Source: a phage
DNA length: 64,000 nt
Sequence record: PZ445440.1
Reading direction: 5' to 3' (one strand)
Of this stretch, positions 63,965-64,000 are shown piece by piece (position 1 is the stretch's first letter; every line of letters starts with the position of its first letter). The position numbers and the translations under genes were made by a program. The notes under the pieces were generated by a model that worked only from the letters and a program-made list of their open reading frames with translations, ran no database searches and was not told the DNA's origin.

Positions 63965-64000
63965 AAGAGTCCCTTATAGTGAATTCACGTAGTCAATGAG

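Noticed and set aside
1-64000. tRNA, rRNA or other structured RNA genes
   Set aside because: No cloverleaf-compatible stretches or conserved tRNA boxes were recognised by eye; gaps between ORFs are short; a tRNAscan run would be needed to exclude them formally

Overview
This window reads as a Tevenvirinae (T4-like) myovirus genome segment, almost entirely early/middle genes on the minus strand. It spans the conventional T4 map origin: motA-52-ndd-denB-rIIB | rIIA-rIIA.1-39-...-dexA-dda-srd-modA-modB-soc-56-61-sp-41-40-uvsX-42-43-regA-62-44-45-rpbA-46-47-55-nrdH-nrdG-nrdD-49-pin-nrdC-...-tk. The 903-aa gp43 matches, from memory, the RB69 DNA polymerase, so this is RB69 or a very close relative; a database search is needed to confirm. 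All calls are from reading the sequence and ORF track, with no searches run. The most interesting region is a sugar-nucleotide biosynthesis and DNA-hypermodification island at 28.7-35.3 kb, between uvsX and gene 43, in the slot where T4 carries beta-gt. It contains a SIS-type arabinose-5-phosphate isomerase, a HAD phosphatase, a bifunctional nucleotidyltransferase/sugar-kinase, a Cys-rich 386-aa protein, a 299-aa unknown, a P-loop kinase-like protein and dCMP hydroxymethylase gp42. A separate GT-B glycosyltransferase sits between rIIA.1 and gene 39, and no alpha- or beta-glucosyltransferase is present. This fits the arabinosyl-hmC DNA modification I recall being reported for RB69, rather than T4 glucosylation. 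Other features: a fused topoisomerase gene (39+60, no bypass), an intron-less nrdD, no homing endonucleases, many T4-type early promoters whose -10 sits inside inverted repeats with compensatory arm changes, a 29-bp promoter module repeated five times, UUCG-tetraloop terminators, a candidate gp43 translational operator, and a tandem three-gene paralog family. No tRNA, rRNA or CRISPR array was found.
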